Origin: Candidatus Woesearchaeota archaeon | GTDB taxonomy: Archaea > Nanobdellota > Nanobdellia > Pacearchaeales > UBA284 | Reading direction: 5' to 3' | Assembly: GCA_964354405.1 (NCBI GenBank) | Contig: CAYGZP010000001.1 | Coordinates: forward strand, 272,879-336,133 | DNA length: 63,255 nt | Part shown: piece after piece, positions 1-9,888 of the stretch | Position numbering within the stretch: the stretch's first letter is position 1 | Layout: each line of letters opens with the position of its first letter | Translations under genes and position numbers: made by a program | The notes under the pieces: generated by a model | Database searches by the model: none | Seen by the model: only the letters and a program-made list of their open reading frames with translations | Told to the model about the DNA's origin: nothing

Positions 1-1322
1 GCGGCTACAGTGAAGTTGGAAAGAACATGAGTTGTATTGAGATTGGGGATGATGCTTTTGTTTTTGATACAGGTTTATTCTTACCTCCTATAGTTGAACT
101 CGATAATCCTCGAGGCGAGCCCTACACTGAAAAAAAGCTTCGAGAGATAGATGCCCTGCCTAACGACACTGTAATAAAAGCCTTGCAGCCAAAAGTCAAG
201 GCAATTCTTGTGAGTCATGCTCATCTAGACCATGTAGGCGCGGTTCCTTACATGGCACAGCACTATCACCATGCTGAAATCGCTGCAACCCCGTTCACAA
301 TTGAGTTTTTGAAATCTGCGCTTCAGGATCAAAATACAAAACTTAACAACAAGATAAGGGCGGTAACTCCTAATTCTAAATTTATTGTCAAAGGTAATAG
401 CGGCAAAGAGTATGAGATAGAATTCTTGAATGTTACCCACTCTACATTACAGGCTGCGATTATAGTTCTCCATACAGAAAAAGGCGCGATAGTCTATGCT
501 AATGATTTTAAGTTTGACAACACCCCTATTTTAGGAAAGCGGCCAAATTATGAAAGGCTCAAGGAAATAGCCAAACAAGGAGTTTTAGCATTGATAGTTG
601 ATTCTCTTTATGCCAATGAAGAAAGAAAAACCCCAAGCGAAAAGATTGCCCGAGGCTTGTTAGAAGATGTCTTGTTAACAACAGCTAATGAAGATGCCTG
701 CATCACTGTCACGACATTCTCAAGCCACATCGCAAGATTGAAAAGCATTGTTGATTGCGGCAAACAGCTAAACAGAGAGATATTATTTCTTGGGCGCTCG
801 TTACACAGATATATTTCAGCAGCAGATAAATTAAAACTAGTGCCTTTCATGAAAGATATAAGATTAGTCAGCTACAGAACACAACTTGAGCGAGTTTTGA
901 AACAAGTTGCCAAGAACAGAACTCACTACATGCTTGTATGCACAGGGCATCAAGGTGAGCCAGGAAGCATACTTGACAGACTAGTTCGGGGAGTTTTGCC
1001 ATTCAAATTTAACTCAAGAGATCATGTAATTTTTTCCTCGCGCATAATCCCCTCTCCAATTAATATGGCAAACAGAAAACAATTAGAAAAGAAACTTAAA
1101 GAAGGCGGAGTCAGGATATTTACAGATGTTCATGTTTCAGGACATTGCGGCCGCGAAGACTTGCGAGATTTGATAGAGATGTTGCAGCCGCAGCACATTA
1201 TTCCAGCTCATGGAGACATGCAAAAGTTGACTGCTCTTGCAGAATTAGCAACTGAATTAGGTTACAGTCTTGGAAAAGATGTTCATATCTTGCAAGATGG
1301 GCAGACATTACATTTAGCTTAA
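1..1322 (+). CDS. rnj: Ribonuclease J (MBL/beta-CASP), 5'-truncated by window edge
   Basis: SHAHLDHVG metallo-beta-lactamase motif; FSSHIARL, HVSGH and IPAHG motifs. The frame stays open upstream of 27 (GYSEVGKNM, typical RNase J N-terminus). Confidence 0.9.
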   Translation, partial: GYSEVGKNMSCIEIGDDAFVFDTGLFLPPIVELDNPRGEPYTEKKLREIDALPNDTVIKALQPKVKAILVSHAHLDHVGAVPYMAQHYHHAEIAATPFTIEFLKSALQDQNTKLNNKIRAVTPNSKFIVKGNSGKEYEIEFLNVTHSTLQAAIIVLHTEKGAIVYANDFKFDNTPILGKRPNYERLKEIAKQGVLALIVDSLYANEERKTPSEKIARGLLEDVLLTTANEDACITVTTFSSHIARLKSIVDCGKQLNREILFLGRSLHRYISAADKLKLVPFMKDIRLVSYRTQLERVLKQVAKNRTHYMLVCTGHQGEPGSILDRLVRGVLPFKFNSRDHVIFSSRIIPSPINMANRKQLEKKLKEGGVRIFTDVHVSGHCGREDLRDLIEMLQPQHIIPAHGDMQKLTALAELATELGYSLGKDVHILQDGQTLHLA

Positions 1323-1362
1323 AAATAAAAGCAAAAAAATCAAAAGAGGAAAGACAATAAAG

Positions 1363-1566
1363 ATGGTAAGACAAGACTTGATAACTGCTCTAAGAAACGC
1401 TCTCGAAAGAGGCGAGACACTTGAAGAAGCTAGGCTTTCTTTGCTTAACGCAAACTACAATTCTTCAGAAATAGAGGAAGCAGCCCGGGAGATTGAAAAA
1501 CTCAAACTCAAGAGAGCTCCAACAAAAGGTTCTTTCCCTCCATTGCCAACACCACCGAGAGCTTAA
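1363..1566 (+). CDS. Small hypothetical protein (67 aa, Pro-rich C-terminus)
   Basis: ORF with ATG start filling the gap between rnj and mre11. Confidence 0.65.
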   Translation: MVRQDLITALRNALERGETLEEARLSLLNANYNSSEIEEAAREIEKLKLKRAPTKGSFPPLPTPPRA

Positions 1567-1679
1567 AACCCAAATAACCAAAAGAGATTAGTGGCATTTT
1601 AGTGCAAGAAACTTTATATATTTCCTAGCGTTTTCTCAGCAATAAACAAGGTTAAAGGGGATAAATAAAAAGAGTTAAA

Positions 1680-2906
1680 ATGAAATTCGCTCATCTCGCA
1701 GACTGTCATCTTGGCGCATGGCGCTCTCAAGAGTTGCAACAGCTCAGCCTGGCAGCTTTCGATATCGCAATATCGCGATGCATTGAAGAGAAAGTTGATT
1801 TTGTGATAATTGCAGGAGATTTGTTTGATGTTGCCATGCCCGGCGTTGATGTATTGAAAGAAACAGTCTCAATCATAAAAAAATTGAAAGAAAACAACAT
1901 CAAATGTTTCTTGCTTGCGGGCTCGCATGATTTTTCAATCAGTGGCAAAACATTTCTCGATGTTCTTGAGCGAGCAGATTTATTCAAAAACGTTTTTGTG
2001 ATGAATCAAAGGGAAGATGAAAAGGAACTGGAGATTTTTCATGATAAAGAGCTAAGAGTGAGTTTTGCAGGAATCCCCGGCAAAAAAGCAGGCATCGAAG
2101 TGAACTTGTTCAAGAATCTTAAAGTTAAAAAAACTGAGCAGATGGATGAAAATTCATTAAAGATATTTATTTTTCACACAACATTGACAGAGTCCAAGCC
2201 AGAGGAAATGTCTTTCGTAGATTCAATAGACTTGACACAATTGCCAGATGGTTTTGATTACTATGCCGGCGGCCATCTCCATCTTGTAGCTAAGCACAAG
2301 AAAGGCAATGCCTTTGTGACTTATCCTGGCCCGCTCTTTCCAAACAACTTTGAAGAGCTCGAGAAACTTGGGCATGGAAGGTTTTTCATTGTTGAAATAG
2401 ATGAAAAGACAAAAGAGACTAAAATAAAAGATGAAGAAATAAAGATTAAGGATACAATAATCATCAACTCTGATGTGGATTCGTTGAATCCGAATGCTGC
2501 CACAGAAAAAATTCTTTTAGATATATCAAAACAGAATATAAAAGATAAAATTGTGCTGCTCAAGTTATCAGGAACCCTAACTTCTGGCCGAACCTCTGAT
2601 ATCAACTTTGAAAAGATAAGGGAAAAGCTGCATGAGAGTTACTCTTATCTAAAAAGCACTTCTGGCCTGAGCACAAAAGAGTTTAAGATTGATATAGAAA
2701 ACAAGGGCGATGACATTGAGACTATTGAAAGGAATATTATCATAGAATATAATAAGAAAGAACAGGAATTCAAAGAATTCTTGCCGCTCATCTCCCAGCT
2801 CAATGCGATATTGGACACAGAGAAGTATGAAGGTGAGACAAAAGAGAAGTATGAAACTCGTGTTCTTGGAGAATTTAAAAAAATAGCAGGAGAGTTAGAG
2901 GAATAG
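1680..2906 (+). CDS. mre11: DNA double-strand break repair nuclease Mre11/SbcD
   Basis: Metallophosphoesterase motifs ADCHLG, AGDLFD, GSHD and GGHLH; adjacent to rad50. Confidence 0.9.
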   Translation: MKFAHLADCHLGAWRSQELQQLSLAAFDIAISRCIEEKVDFVIIAGDLFDVAMPGVDVLKETVSIIKKLKENNIKCFLLAGSHDFSISGKTFLDVLERADLFKNVFVMNQREDEKELEIFHDKELRVSFAGIPGKKAGIEVNLFKNLKVKKTEQMDENSLKIFIFHTTLTESKPEEMSFVDSIDLTQLPDGFDYYAGGHLHLVAKHKKGNAFVTYPGPLFPNNFEELEKLGHGRFFIVEIDEKTKETKIKDEEIKIKDTIIINSDVDSLNPNAATEKILLDISKQNIKDKIVLLKLSGTLTSGRTSDINFEKIREKLHESYSYLKSTSGLSTKEFKIDIENKGDDIETIERNIIIEYNKKEQEFKEFLPLISQLNAILDTEKYEGETKEKYETRVLGEFKKIAGELEE

Positions 2907-2915
2907 GAAAATAAA

Positions 2916-4973
2916 ATGAGAATAAGGAAAATATCGCTGAACAACATAAGATCTTACGAGAAGCAGGAAATTAATTTTCCAAATGGCAGCGTTCTCTTGT
3001 CAGGAGACATCGGCTCTGGAAAAAGTACAATCCTCTTGGCTTTAGAATTTGCCTTGTTCGGCCTGCAAACAGGATATTTATCTGGCGCAAGTCTCTTGAG
3101 GGGCAATGCAGAGCAGGGCTCAGTTGACATCGAGCTCGAGATAGAAGGAAAACCCATCAAGATAAAAAGGACTTTGAAAAGAAATAAAAAATCCGTGACT
3201 CAGGACAGGGGTTTCTTTACTTTAGAAAGCAATCAAGAGGAGCTCGGAGCAGAAGAATTGAAACAGAGGGTTTTAGATTTATTTGGCTATCCACTATCAC
3301 TCATAAAAGCCCGAACCAATCTGCTTTACAGATTTACAGTTTACACTCCACAAGAAGAGATGAAGCAGATTCTGCAAGAAAATGCCGATGACAGAATAGA
3401 TGTTCTGAGAAAGATATTTGGCATTGACAAATACAAGAAAATTGCCGAGAACGCCGAGCTTATTGCAGCGAGGCTCAGAGAAGAATCTCGTTTCAAGGAA
3501 AGCCAGATTCTAGACTTGCCGTCATTGCTGAGACAGAAACAAGAAAAAGAACAAGAGTTAAGTGGCGAGAACTCGAAACTTCAGAAGATTTTTCCCCGAT
3601 ACAATCAAATAACTGAAGATATGAAAAAAGCCGAGGGCGAGTCAGACAAAATTTCGCTGCAGATAATCAGAGTCAATGAATTAAAACCCCAGTTCGCTGC
3701 GCTTGTCTCAGAATTAAGGTCAAAAGAGAAAGAGATGCAAGGAATCAAGGAACAAATCGCCGACAATGAAAAACAGATAAAAGAATTGGAATCTAAACTC
3801 GGCATAAAAGTTCTTGTCCCCGAGAACTTTGCAGAAAAAATAAAGAAAAAAATGCAGGAGCAAAAGGATCTGCTCGAACATTCCAAGAGTGCTGAAGCAA
3901 GGATAATTGCATTAGAATCGAAGAAGCAGGATATTCTCGCCACAAAAAGCAAAATTGAAAGTCTGGACGAGTGTCCCACATGTCAACAGCCCGTTCCTTT
4001 AGAGCACAAACACAGAATCTCGGAAGAAAATAACAAGAAGCTTTATGAAATTGAGTCAAATTTCTTGACTTTAGAAAAGAACTGCAAGGAATTCTCAGCC
4101 AATCTCGAAATAATTGAAAAAGACGTGGAAATGTTAAGACAAGAAGAGAAAAACTATGAAAAAAACAAAATAATTATAGAATCTTTGAACGAGAGAAAGA
4201 ATTATCTGGAAAAATTGAAGAGAAAAACCGAGAATGTTATCACAGAGACAGTTGAAATCAAGAATCAGAAAGAAAAAATAGAGCATGAACTCTCTGCACT
4301 GAAAAATATTGATGCTATTGCTCTGGGGATCAAGCAAAAACTGGAGAGCTTGAGAAAAAAAGAGCGCGAGGCTGAGATAGAGAAGGTTAAGCACGAAAGA
4401 AACATTGAAAACACAAGCAAAATATTGAAGATTTTGCAGGGAGATATTGAAAAAAAAGAAAATATCGCCCGAGACATAGACAAACTAAAAAAATTGAATG
4501 AATGGCTCCTCAAACATTTCATGATAATCATCTTGACGATTGAAAAGACAGTCATGGCTAAGTTAAATCACGAGTTTAATCTATTATTCGAAAAATGGTT
4601 TAGCATTCTTGTGGAAAGTTTAAACGCGCGCATCGATGAAAACTTTACTCCAGTAATCGAGCAGCAAGGTTATGAGATTAATTATGAGGCTTTGTCAGGC
4701 GGCGAGAGAACAGCCGCGGCTTTAGCATACCGCCTTGCATTAAACCAGATAATCAATCATTTCATGGGCAAGCTTAAAACCAAAGGTTTGCTTATACTTG
4801 ACGAACCAACTGATGGCTTCAGTTCAGAACAATTGGATAAAATGAAAGATATCCTGAACGAGTTGGAATTTGAACAGCTTATCCTTGTTTCGCATGAGTC
4901 AGAAGTAGAGGACTTTGTAGAAAATGTGATAAATTTTGAAAAAAAAGAAGGAATCACTAAAATTCTTGGGTGA
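2916..4973 (+). CDS. rad50: DNA repair ATPase Rad50/SbcC
   Basis: Walker A GDIGSGKST, coiled coils, central CPTC zinc hook, LSGGE signature, LDEPT Walker B. Confidence 0.9.
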   Translation: MRIRKISLNNIRSYEKQEINFPNGSVLLSGDIGSGKSTILLALEFALFGLQTGYLSGASLLRGNAEQGSVDIELEIEGKPIKIKRTLKRNKKSVTQDRGFFTLESNQEELGAEELKQRVLDLFGYPLSLIKARTNLLYRFTVYTPQEEMKQILQENADDRIDVLRKIFGIDKYKKIAENAELIAARLREESRFKESQILDLPSLLRQKQEKEQELSGENSKLQKIFPRYNQITEDMKKAEGESDKISLQIIRVNELKPQFAALVSELRSKEKEMQGIKEQIADNEKQIKELESKLGIKVLVPENFAEKIKKKMQEQKDLLEHSKSAEARIIALESKKQDILATKSKIESLDECPTCQQPVPLEHKHRISEENNKKLYEIESNFLTLEKNCKEFSANLEIIEKDVEMLRQEEKNYEKNKIIIESLNERKNYLEKLKRKTENVITETVEIKNQKEKIEHELSALKNIDAIALGIKQKLESLRKKEREAEIEKVKHERNIENTSKILKILQGDIEKKENIARDIDKLKKLNEWLLKHFMIIILTIEKTVMAKLNHEFNLLFEKWFSILVESLNARIDENFTPVIEQQGYEINYEALSGGERTAAALAYRLALNQIINHFMGKLKTKGLLILDEPTDGFSSEQLDKMKDILNELEFEQLILVSHESEVEDFVENVINFEKKEGITKILG

Positions 4974-5041
4974 TTTTTGAGACAAAATAAGTAAAAATGA
5001 GCAAACAAAAAATATTTAAACAAATCCTATATAGTAAGAAT

Positions 5042-6445
5042 ATGAAAAAGGGCGTTTTTTTGATGATTTTTGGGATAGCGCTATTATTCTTAATACCTTT
5101 AGTCTTGGCAGAGAGTTCGAATGTTACAGCTTTTAGTTTTGAAAAAGTGACTGTTACAGATGTTGTAGCCAAAGAGCTTAGTATTCCAGCAAGATTTAAT
5201 TTAACTATAACCAACAATAACTTGTATGATGATTATTTCCTTGTTTACAGTTTGATTGATTTGAAGATAACTCCTATAACTCCTTTCTGGATAAACGCCA
5301 CACAAACAAGAACAATCTCAATGGGAGCATTGCCTTTGCGCTGGCTCAAGGAGCGAGGTTTTCACTCAATGGAATATTACATTAAGAGCAATCGCGGGGG
5401 TTACACTACCGATACATTAGTTGTTTATGTGCTGCCTCTTAACGAAATTCTCGCAGTTATCGCGCCTACAACAATTACAAGAGATGATTCTCAGATAAAA
5501 ATCAATGTAACAAACAAAGAGAACATTAATTTCGGAGAAGCTCAGATTATCCTGAACACAGACCTTTTCTCAGCCACCAAGACAGTGAACATCTCACCTA
5601 AATCTTCACAAGAATTTGTTCTTGATTTGAATCCAAAAACAATGAAAATCGCCAAAGCAGGCGATTACACACTAAAAACAATATTTTACTTGAACCATGA
5701 ATACAATCATACAGTGGAATCAAAGATAACATTACAAGAATATTCAAGCATAACAACAGTTGAAAGTTCCAAGCTAAAGTTCTTTGGCTTTCTAAAGACT
5801 ATAACGAAGAAGAATGATGGAAATATCCCGAAACTTGTAACAACAGAGGTTGTGAAAAGCAGATTTGAAAGAGTTTTCAGCACTTTCAATATCCCCCCTA
5901 CATCAGAAAAACAAGGATTTTTGACTACAACAGTCTCATGGCAGCGCGAGCTAGAGCCAGGCGAGAGTCTTGTAGTTGAAGTCACGACAGATTACACAAT
6001 CCCCACATTAATATTAATTGCTTTGATTGTTGCAGTTGTATCTTTATATTTGACAAAGCGGCCTCGAGTCATAGTAAAGAAAAAAGCAATAAGAATCCAG
6101 ACAAAAGGCGACGAGTTTGCCTTGAAAATAATTTTATTCGCCAAAAACATAGGCAAAGAGATAAAAGAAGTCAAATTGACCGATAGATTGCCACACATGG
6201 CAAAACTTTATGAAAGATTTGTAGTCCATCCAGATAAAATCGAACTCCCTAGATTAGAATGGAACTTTGGTGCATTGATGCCTGGCGAAGAGCGGATAAT
6301 TTCATATATAATCTATAGCAAGGTTATGCCAGTCGGCTCAATAGAATTGCCTCAAGGAGTTGTCCATTACACAGATTACAAAGAGAGAAGAAAACTTTCA
6401 TACTCAAACAAACTTTTTGTCACAGGAGTTGCTTCTTCTGCATGA
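5042..6445 (+). CDS. Secreted/membrane-anchored protein with beta-rich (Ig/CARDB-like) domains
   Basis: Signal peptide MKKGVFLMIFG..., an internal TM helix and beta-rich segments. Alternative start at 4997. Confidence 0.7.
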   Translation: MKKGVFLMIFGIALLFLIPLVLAESSNVTAFSFEKVTVTDVVAKELSIPARFNLTITNNNLYDDYFLVYSLIDLKITPITPFWINATQTRTISMGALPLRWLKERGFHSMEYYIKSNRGGYTTDTLVVYVLPLNEILAVIAPTTITRDDSQIKINVTNKENINFGEAQIILNTDLFSATKTVNISPKSSQEFVLDLNPKTMKIAKAGDYTLKTIFYLNHEYNHTVESKITLQEYSSITTVESSKLKFFGFLKTITKKNDGNIPKLVTTEVVKSRFERVFSTFNIPPTSEKQGFLTTTVSWQRELEPGESLVVEVTTDYTIPTLILIALIVAVVSLYLTKRPRVIVKKKAIRIQTKGDEFALKIILFAKNIGKEIKEVKLTDRLPHMAKLYERFVVHPDKIELPRLEWNFGALMPGEERIISYIIYSKVMPVGSIELPQGVVHYTDYKERRKLSYSNKLFVTGVASSA

Positions 6446-6507
6446 GCAAGCCATATCAATCCAGGACAATTCAAAAACTTTAAATATTCTCTCGCGTAAA
6501 TATAACT

Positions 6508-7797
6508 ATGTTCATATCAGTAAAAGAGGCATTGGAAAAAAAGAAAGGCCGCGTTGCCTTGAGAGGTTGGGTTTACAGAGTAGCCAAACTCAAAGACAAG
6601 ATTTTTGTAACCCTTAGAGATTCTTCTGACATCGTTCAATGTGTTGTTTCTAAGGATGCTGTATCAGACAAAGAATTCAAGGCAGCTGACAAGCTGCTCG
6701 TGGAAAGTTCATTAGAACTTGAAGGCGCGATTAAACAAGACCCCCGAGCACCGACAGGATTCGAAGTAGATGTTTCCAAGTTAAATGTTATTCATTATTC
6801 AGAACAATTTCCAATAACTAAAGACATCAATGAAGAATTATTATTAGACAGAAGACATCTATGGCTTCGAAGCAGAAAAATGACCGCAATCTTGAAAATC
6901 CGCAGCACAGTTTTCGGCGCAATCCACGAATATTTCAGAACAAGGGGCTTTTATGAATATCAATCACCCATTTTCCAAAGTGTACAATGTGAAGGAGGGA
7001 GCACATTATTTGATGTGAAATATTTTGACAAGAAAACATATCTTGCACAAACATGGCAGTTATATGCCGAGCCAGCAATTTTTGCCTTGGAAAAAATCTA
7101 CACGATAGCACCAAGCTTCCGCGCAGAAAAGAGCAAAACTTCGCGGCATTTGACAGAATACTGGCATGCGGAGATGGAAATTGCCTGGGCAGATTTCAAA
7201 GATATTCAAGATTATGGCGAGCAATTGATCAAGTTCATTGTAAAGAAAGTTATAGAGAACAACAAAGCCGAGCTAGAGATTCTTGCCCGCGATGTGAAAA
7301 AACTCGAGCCCACAGTAAAGAAACCGTTCGTAAGAATTACTTATGATGAATCTCTCGAGCTGTTGAAAGAGCACAAGATGAATGTGCCTTGGGGTAAGGA
7401 TCTCAGGACAATTGAAGAAGATGTCATATCGAAACTGCATGATGTTCCAACAATAATCTCAAATTATCCAAAAGATGTCAAGGCATTCTACATGAAAGAA
7501 GATGCTAAAAATCCTAAGGTGGTTCATGGCTGTGATTTCATCGCGCCCGAAGGTTATGGAGAGATTATTGGAGGTAGTGAGAGAGAAAGCGACATCGAAA
7601 AATTAAAAGCGAGATTGAAAGAGATGGGCGAGAAGATTGAAAATTACAGATTCTATTTAGATACAAGACGTTATGGCTCAGTGCCTCATGGAGGATTTGG
7701 CATGGGCGTCGAAAGAGTAATTTCATGGATTTGCGGCTTGGAGAACATCAAAGACTCTATTCCATTCCCGAGAACTCCGGACAGATGCACCCCATAA
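6508..7797 (+). CDS. asnS: Asparagine--tRNA ligase
   Basis: N-terminal OB fold; class IIb motifs FRAEKSKTSRHLTEYW and PHGGFGMGVER; GYGEIIGGSERE. Confidence 0.9.
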   Translation: MFISVKEALEKKKGRVALRGWVYRVAKLKDKIFVTLRDSSDIVQCVVSKDAVSDKEFKAADKLLVESSLELEGAIKQDPRAPTGFEVDVSKLNVIHYSEQFPITKDINEELLLDRRHLWLRSRKMTAILKIRSTVFGAIHEYFRTRGFYEYQSPIFQSVQCEGGSTLFDVKYFDKKTYLAQTWQLYAEPAIFALEKIYTIAPSFRAEKSKTSRHLTEYWHAEMEIAWADFKDIQDYGEQLIKFIVKKVIENNKAELEILARDVKKLEPTVKKPFVRITYDESLELLKEHKMNVPWGKDLRTIEEDVISKLHDVPTIISNYPKDVKAFYMKEDAKNPKVVHGCDFIAPEGYGEIIGGSERESDIEKLKARLKEMGEKIENYRFYLDTRRYGSVPHGGFGMGVERVISWICGLENIKDSIPFPRTPDRCTP

Positions 7798-7812
7798 AAA
7801 TCTTTTAAAAAA

Positions 7813-8202
7813 ATGAAAAGAAAAAAAGTATCACAGAAGAATAAAAGTCACAGAAAGGAAACATTGGCATTAACCCTCGCTTTGATTGCAATAGCTTTCC
7901 TTATAATCAATTCATTATACTTATTAGTCTACAGGGAAAAAATTATCAGCGAATTGTTGCAAGATGAATCATTAAAGGATTTTGGAGACAATCTTCCTAA
8001 TATTGCTAATTCATTGATGGTGATTTTTTTAATAGTCTGGTTTGTCCTTACAATAGTAATGTCCTTTACAGTTTATTATGTGGAAAAGGGAAAATGGAAA
8101 TGGCACTGGCTTTTGTTTTTTTCAATAGTTTCTTTGTTGACTATAAGGGTTGACACAGCTATTTGCGGAATAATTGCAAGTATATTATACATAAAGAGAT
8201 AA
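7813..8202 (+). CDS. Hypothetical membrane protein
   Basis: 3-4 hydrophobic helices. Confidence 0.7.
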   Translation: MKRKKVSQKNKSHRKETLALTLALIAIAFLIINSLYLLVYREKIISELLQDESLKDFGDNLPNIANSLMVIFLIVWFVLTIVMSFTVYYVEKGKWKWHWLLFFSIVSLLTIRVDTAICGIIASILYIKR

Positions 8203-8230
8203 ATAACTGAAACAAAATAAAAAACAAAAA

Positions 8231-8383
8231 ATGAAAAAGAAGTACAGATGTGAAAGTTGCGGGTTCAAGTTTCAGACATCCATCGAACCAAACAAATGTC
8301 CTAATTGTGCCAGAGCAGACTCAGTTTATCTCGAGATGAGAGATGAAGAGCTGATAACTGACATTAATGACATTCTAAAGTAA
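8231..8383 (+). CDS. Small zinc-ribbon/rubredoxin-like protein (50 aa; absent from ORF track)
   Basis: Manual translation MKKKYRCESCGFKFQTSIEPNKCPNCARADSVYLEMRDEELITDINDILK; two CxxC pairs. Confidence 0.75.
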   Translation: MKKKYRCESCGFKFQTSIEPNKCPNCARADSVYLEMRDEELITDINDILK

Positions 8384-8406
8384 ATGAATAAAAAAGAAAA
8401 GACAAA

Positions 8407-9072
8407 ATGAAAGTTGGTTCTGTAGATATAGAATGGTTGGGGCATTCTGCCTTTAAGATAAAGTTCCGCGATTTAGAAATCTATATAGATCCTTATCAGA
8501 TAAACAAGCAAGAAAAAGCTGACTTAATTCTAATCACTCACAGCCATTATGATCACTGCTCGCAGCAAGACATAGAAAAAATCGCGAAAGATGGCACAAT
8601 AATCATAGCAACTCCTGATTGCCAGAGCAATCTAGCGCGTTTAAAACAAAAAATTGAAATCGCGCTCATCGAGCCCGACAAAGAAATTACACTCCGCGAT
8701 ATAAAAATCAAAGGAATAGAAGCTTACAACAATAATAAAAAATTCCATACCAAGAGCGAAGGTTGGGTAGGCTATGTCTTGCAGCTTGGAGACACAGTGA
8801 TTTATCATGCAGGAGATACAGACTTAATCAAAGAGATGTCAAAGTTAACAGGTTACGGCAAGAAAGAAAATTATTTCATCGCACTCTTGCCTATCGGGGG
8901 CAACTTTACAATGAACGCAGAAGAAGCTTCAGAAGCCGCCGAGATAATCAAACCGACAATAGCAATTCCAATGCATTATGGCTCTATCGTGGGCTCGGTA
9001 GCAGACGCAGAGAAATTTGCTAAGTTATGCGAAGAAAAAGGAATCAGCGCAAAGATTCTTGAGAAAAGCTAG
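8407..9072 (+). CDS. MBL-fold metallo-hydrolase (UlaG/UPF0173-like)
   Basis: WLGHS, THSHYDH, YHAGDT and IPMHY motifs. Confidence 0.85.
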   Translation: MKVGSVDIEWLGHSAFKIKFRDLEIYIDPYQINKQEKADLILITHSHYDHCSQQDIEKIAKDGTIIIATPDCQSNLARLKQKIEIALIEPDKEITLRDIKIKGIEAYNNNKKFHTKSEGWVGYVLQLGDTVIYHAGDTDLIKEMSKLTGYGKKENYFIALLPIGGNFTMNAEEASEAAEIIKPTIAIPMHYGSIVGSVADAEKFAKLCEEKGISAKILEKS

Positions 9073-9153
9073 AAAGCTAAAACTTTAGTCTTTTTTTAGT
9101 AGTTACAATTAGCAAGATTTATAAATCCTTTTTTCTTCTAAAAATAGATTAAA

Positions 9154-9866
9154 ATGGCAAAACAAATCAAACTATTTGGAGGAATATACAATAAAATAAT
9201 GCCTTCATTAAGAAAAGAAGGCTTTAGACCTGCAACAGCAGAAGAGATAGAAGAATTAAAATTAAACAAGCAACTTTCTTTTGATAGTTATTATGACACT
9301 GCAACTGGAATATTTTATACAGGAAACGAACAAGACAAATTTAAGATTATTCCTTATTCAGAAGATTTAGCAAATATAACGCAAGAAACAGAGCTTTATA
9401 ACGGCGGAATAAAGAAAACCCAAGAGGATTATGAAAAGACAAAAGCTCAAGAGTTTAAAAGAAAAGACATGATTCTTGATGAAAGATTAACTGAAAAAGA
9501 AGCTTTAAAACATTTAGGCTGGCTAACTGCCTTGAATGGCAATAAAAAATTGCTTGAAAAAGTTGTTGAGCATGTCTTCAAAGAAGTTAGAAATAGATAT
9601 GATGAAAGTAAGGCAATGGGCTTTTATTTAAGAGATGCTCAAAAAGTTCCGAATGAGCGCGCCCTTTACCTCGACTGGTTCGGCGACGGCGGGGGGCTGA
9701 TGCCAGCGACGACTACGGCCTCTACAACTATGCGCGTCTGGTTGGGGTATGTGAGAACGCCGAAGGCGTCGCAAAAAATTTATACACCCAAGAACAAATT
9801 AGAAAAGCATTAGGAAAAACAGGGATTTCTGGCAAATTAGAACAAACAATTATAGATTCTTTATAA
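9154..9866 (+). CDS. Putative DGR target (variable) protein, frameshifted in a G-run at 9691-9696
   Basis: The first frame ends at 9813. The second frame from 9696 reads ADASDDYGLYNYARLVGVCENAEG...IIDSL* (stop 9864-9866), a DGR-target-like C-terminus. Confidence 0.7.
9655..9749 (+). other. Putative DGR variable region (VR)
   Basis: GC-rich patch in an AT-rich gene; run of NNY codons (TAC, GAC, GGC, AGC, AAC, TAT) between fixed codons. Confidence 0.65.
9757..9769 (+). other. GAA-loop DNA hairpin 3' of the VR (DGR cis element)
   Basis: ACGCC-GAA-GGCGT: perfect 5-bp stem with a GRA triloop directly after the VR. Confidence 0.65.
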
Positions 9867-9888
9867 ATTAGTTTTTTAAACATTCGCA

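Noticed and set aside
6508..7797. AsnRS co-occurring with GatD
   Set aside because: Ordinary for archaea: direct Asn charging with GatDE-dependent Gln-tRNA formation.
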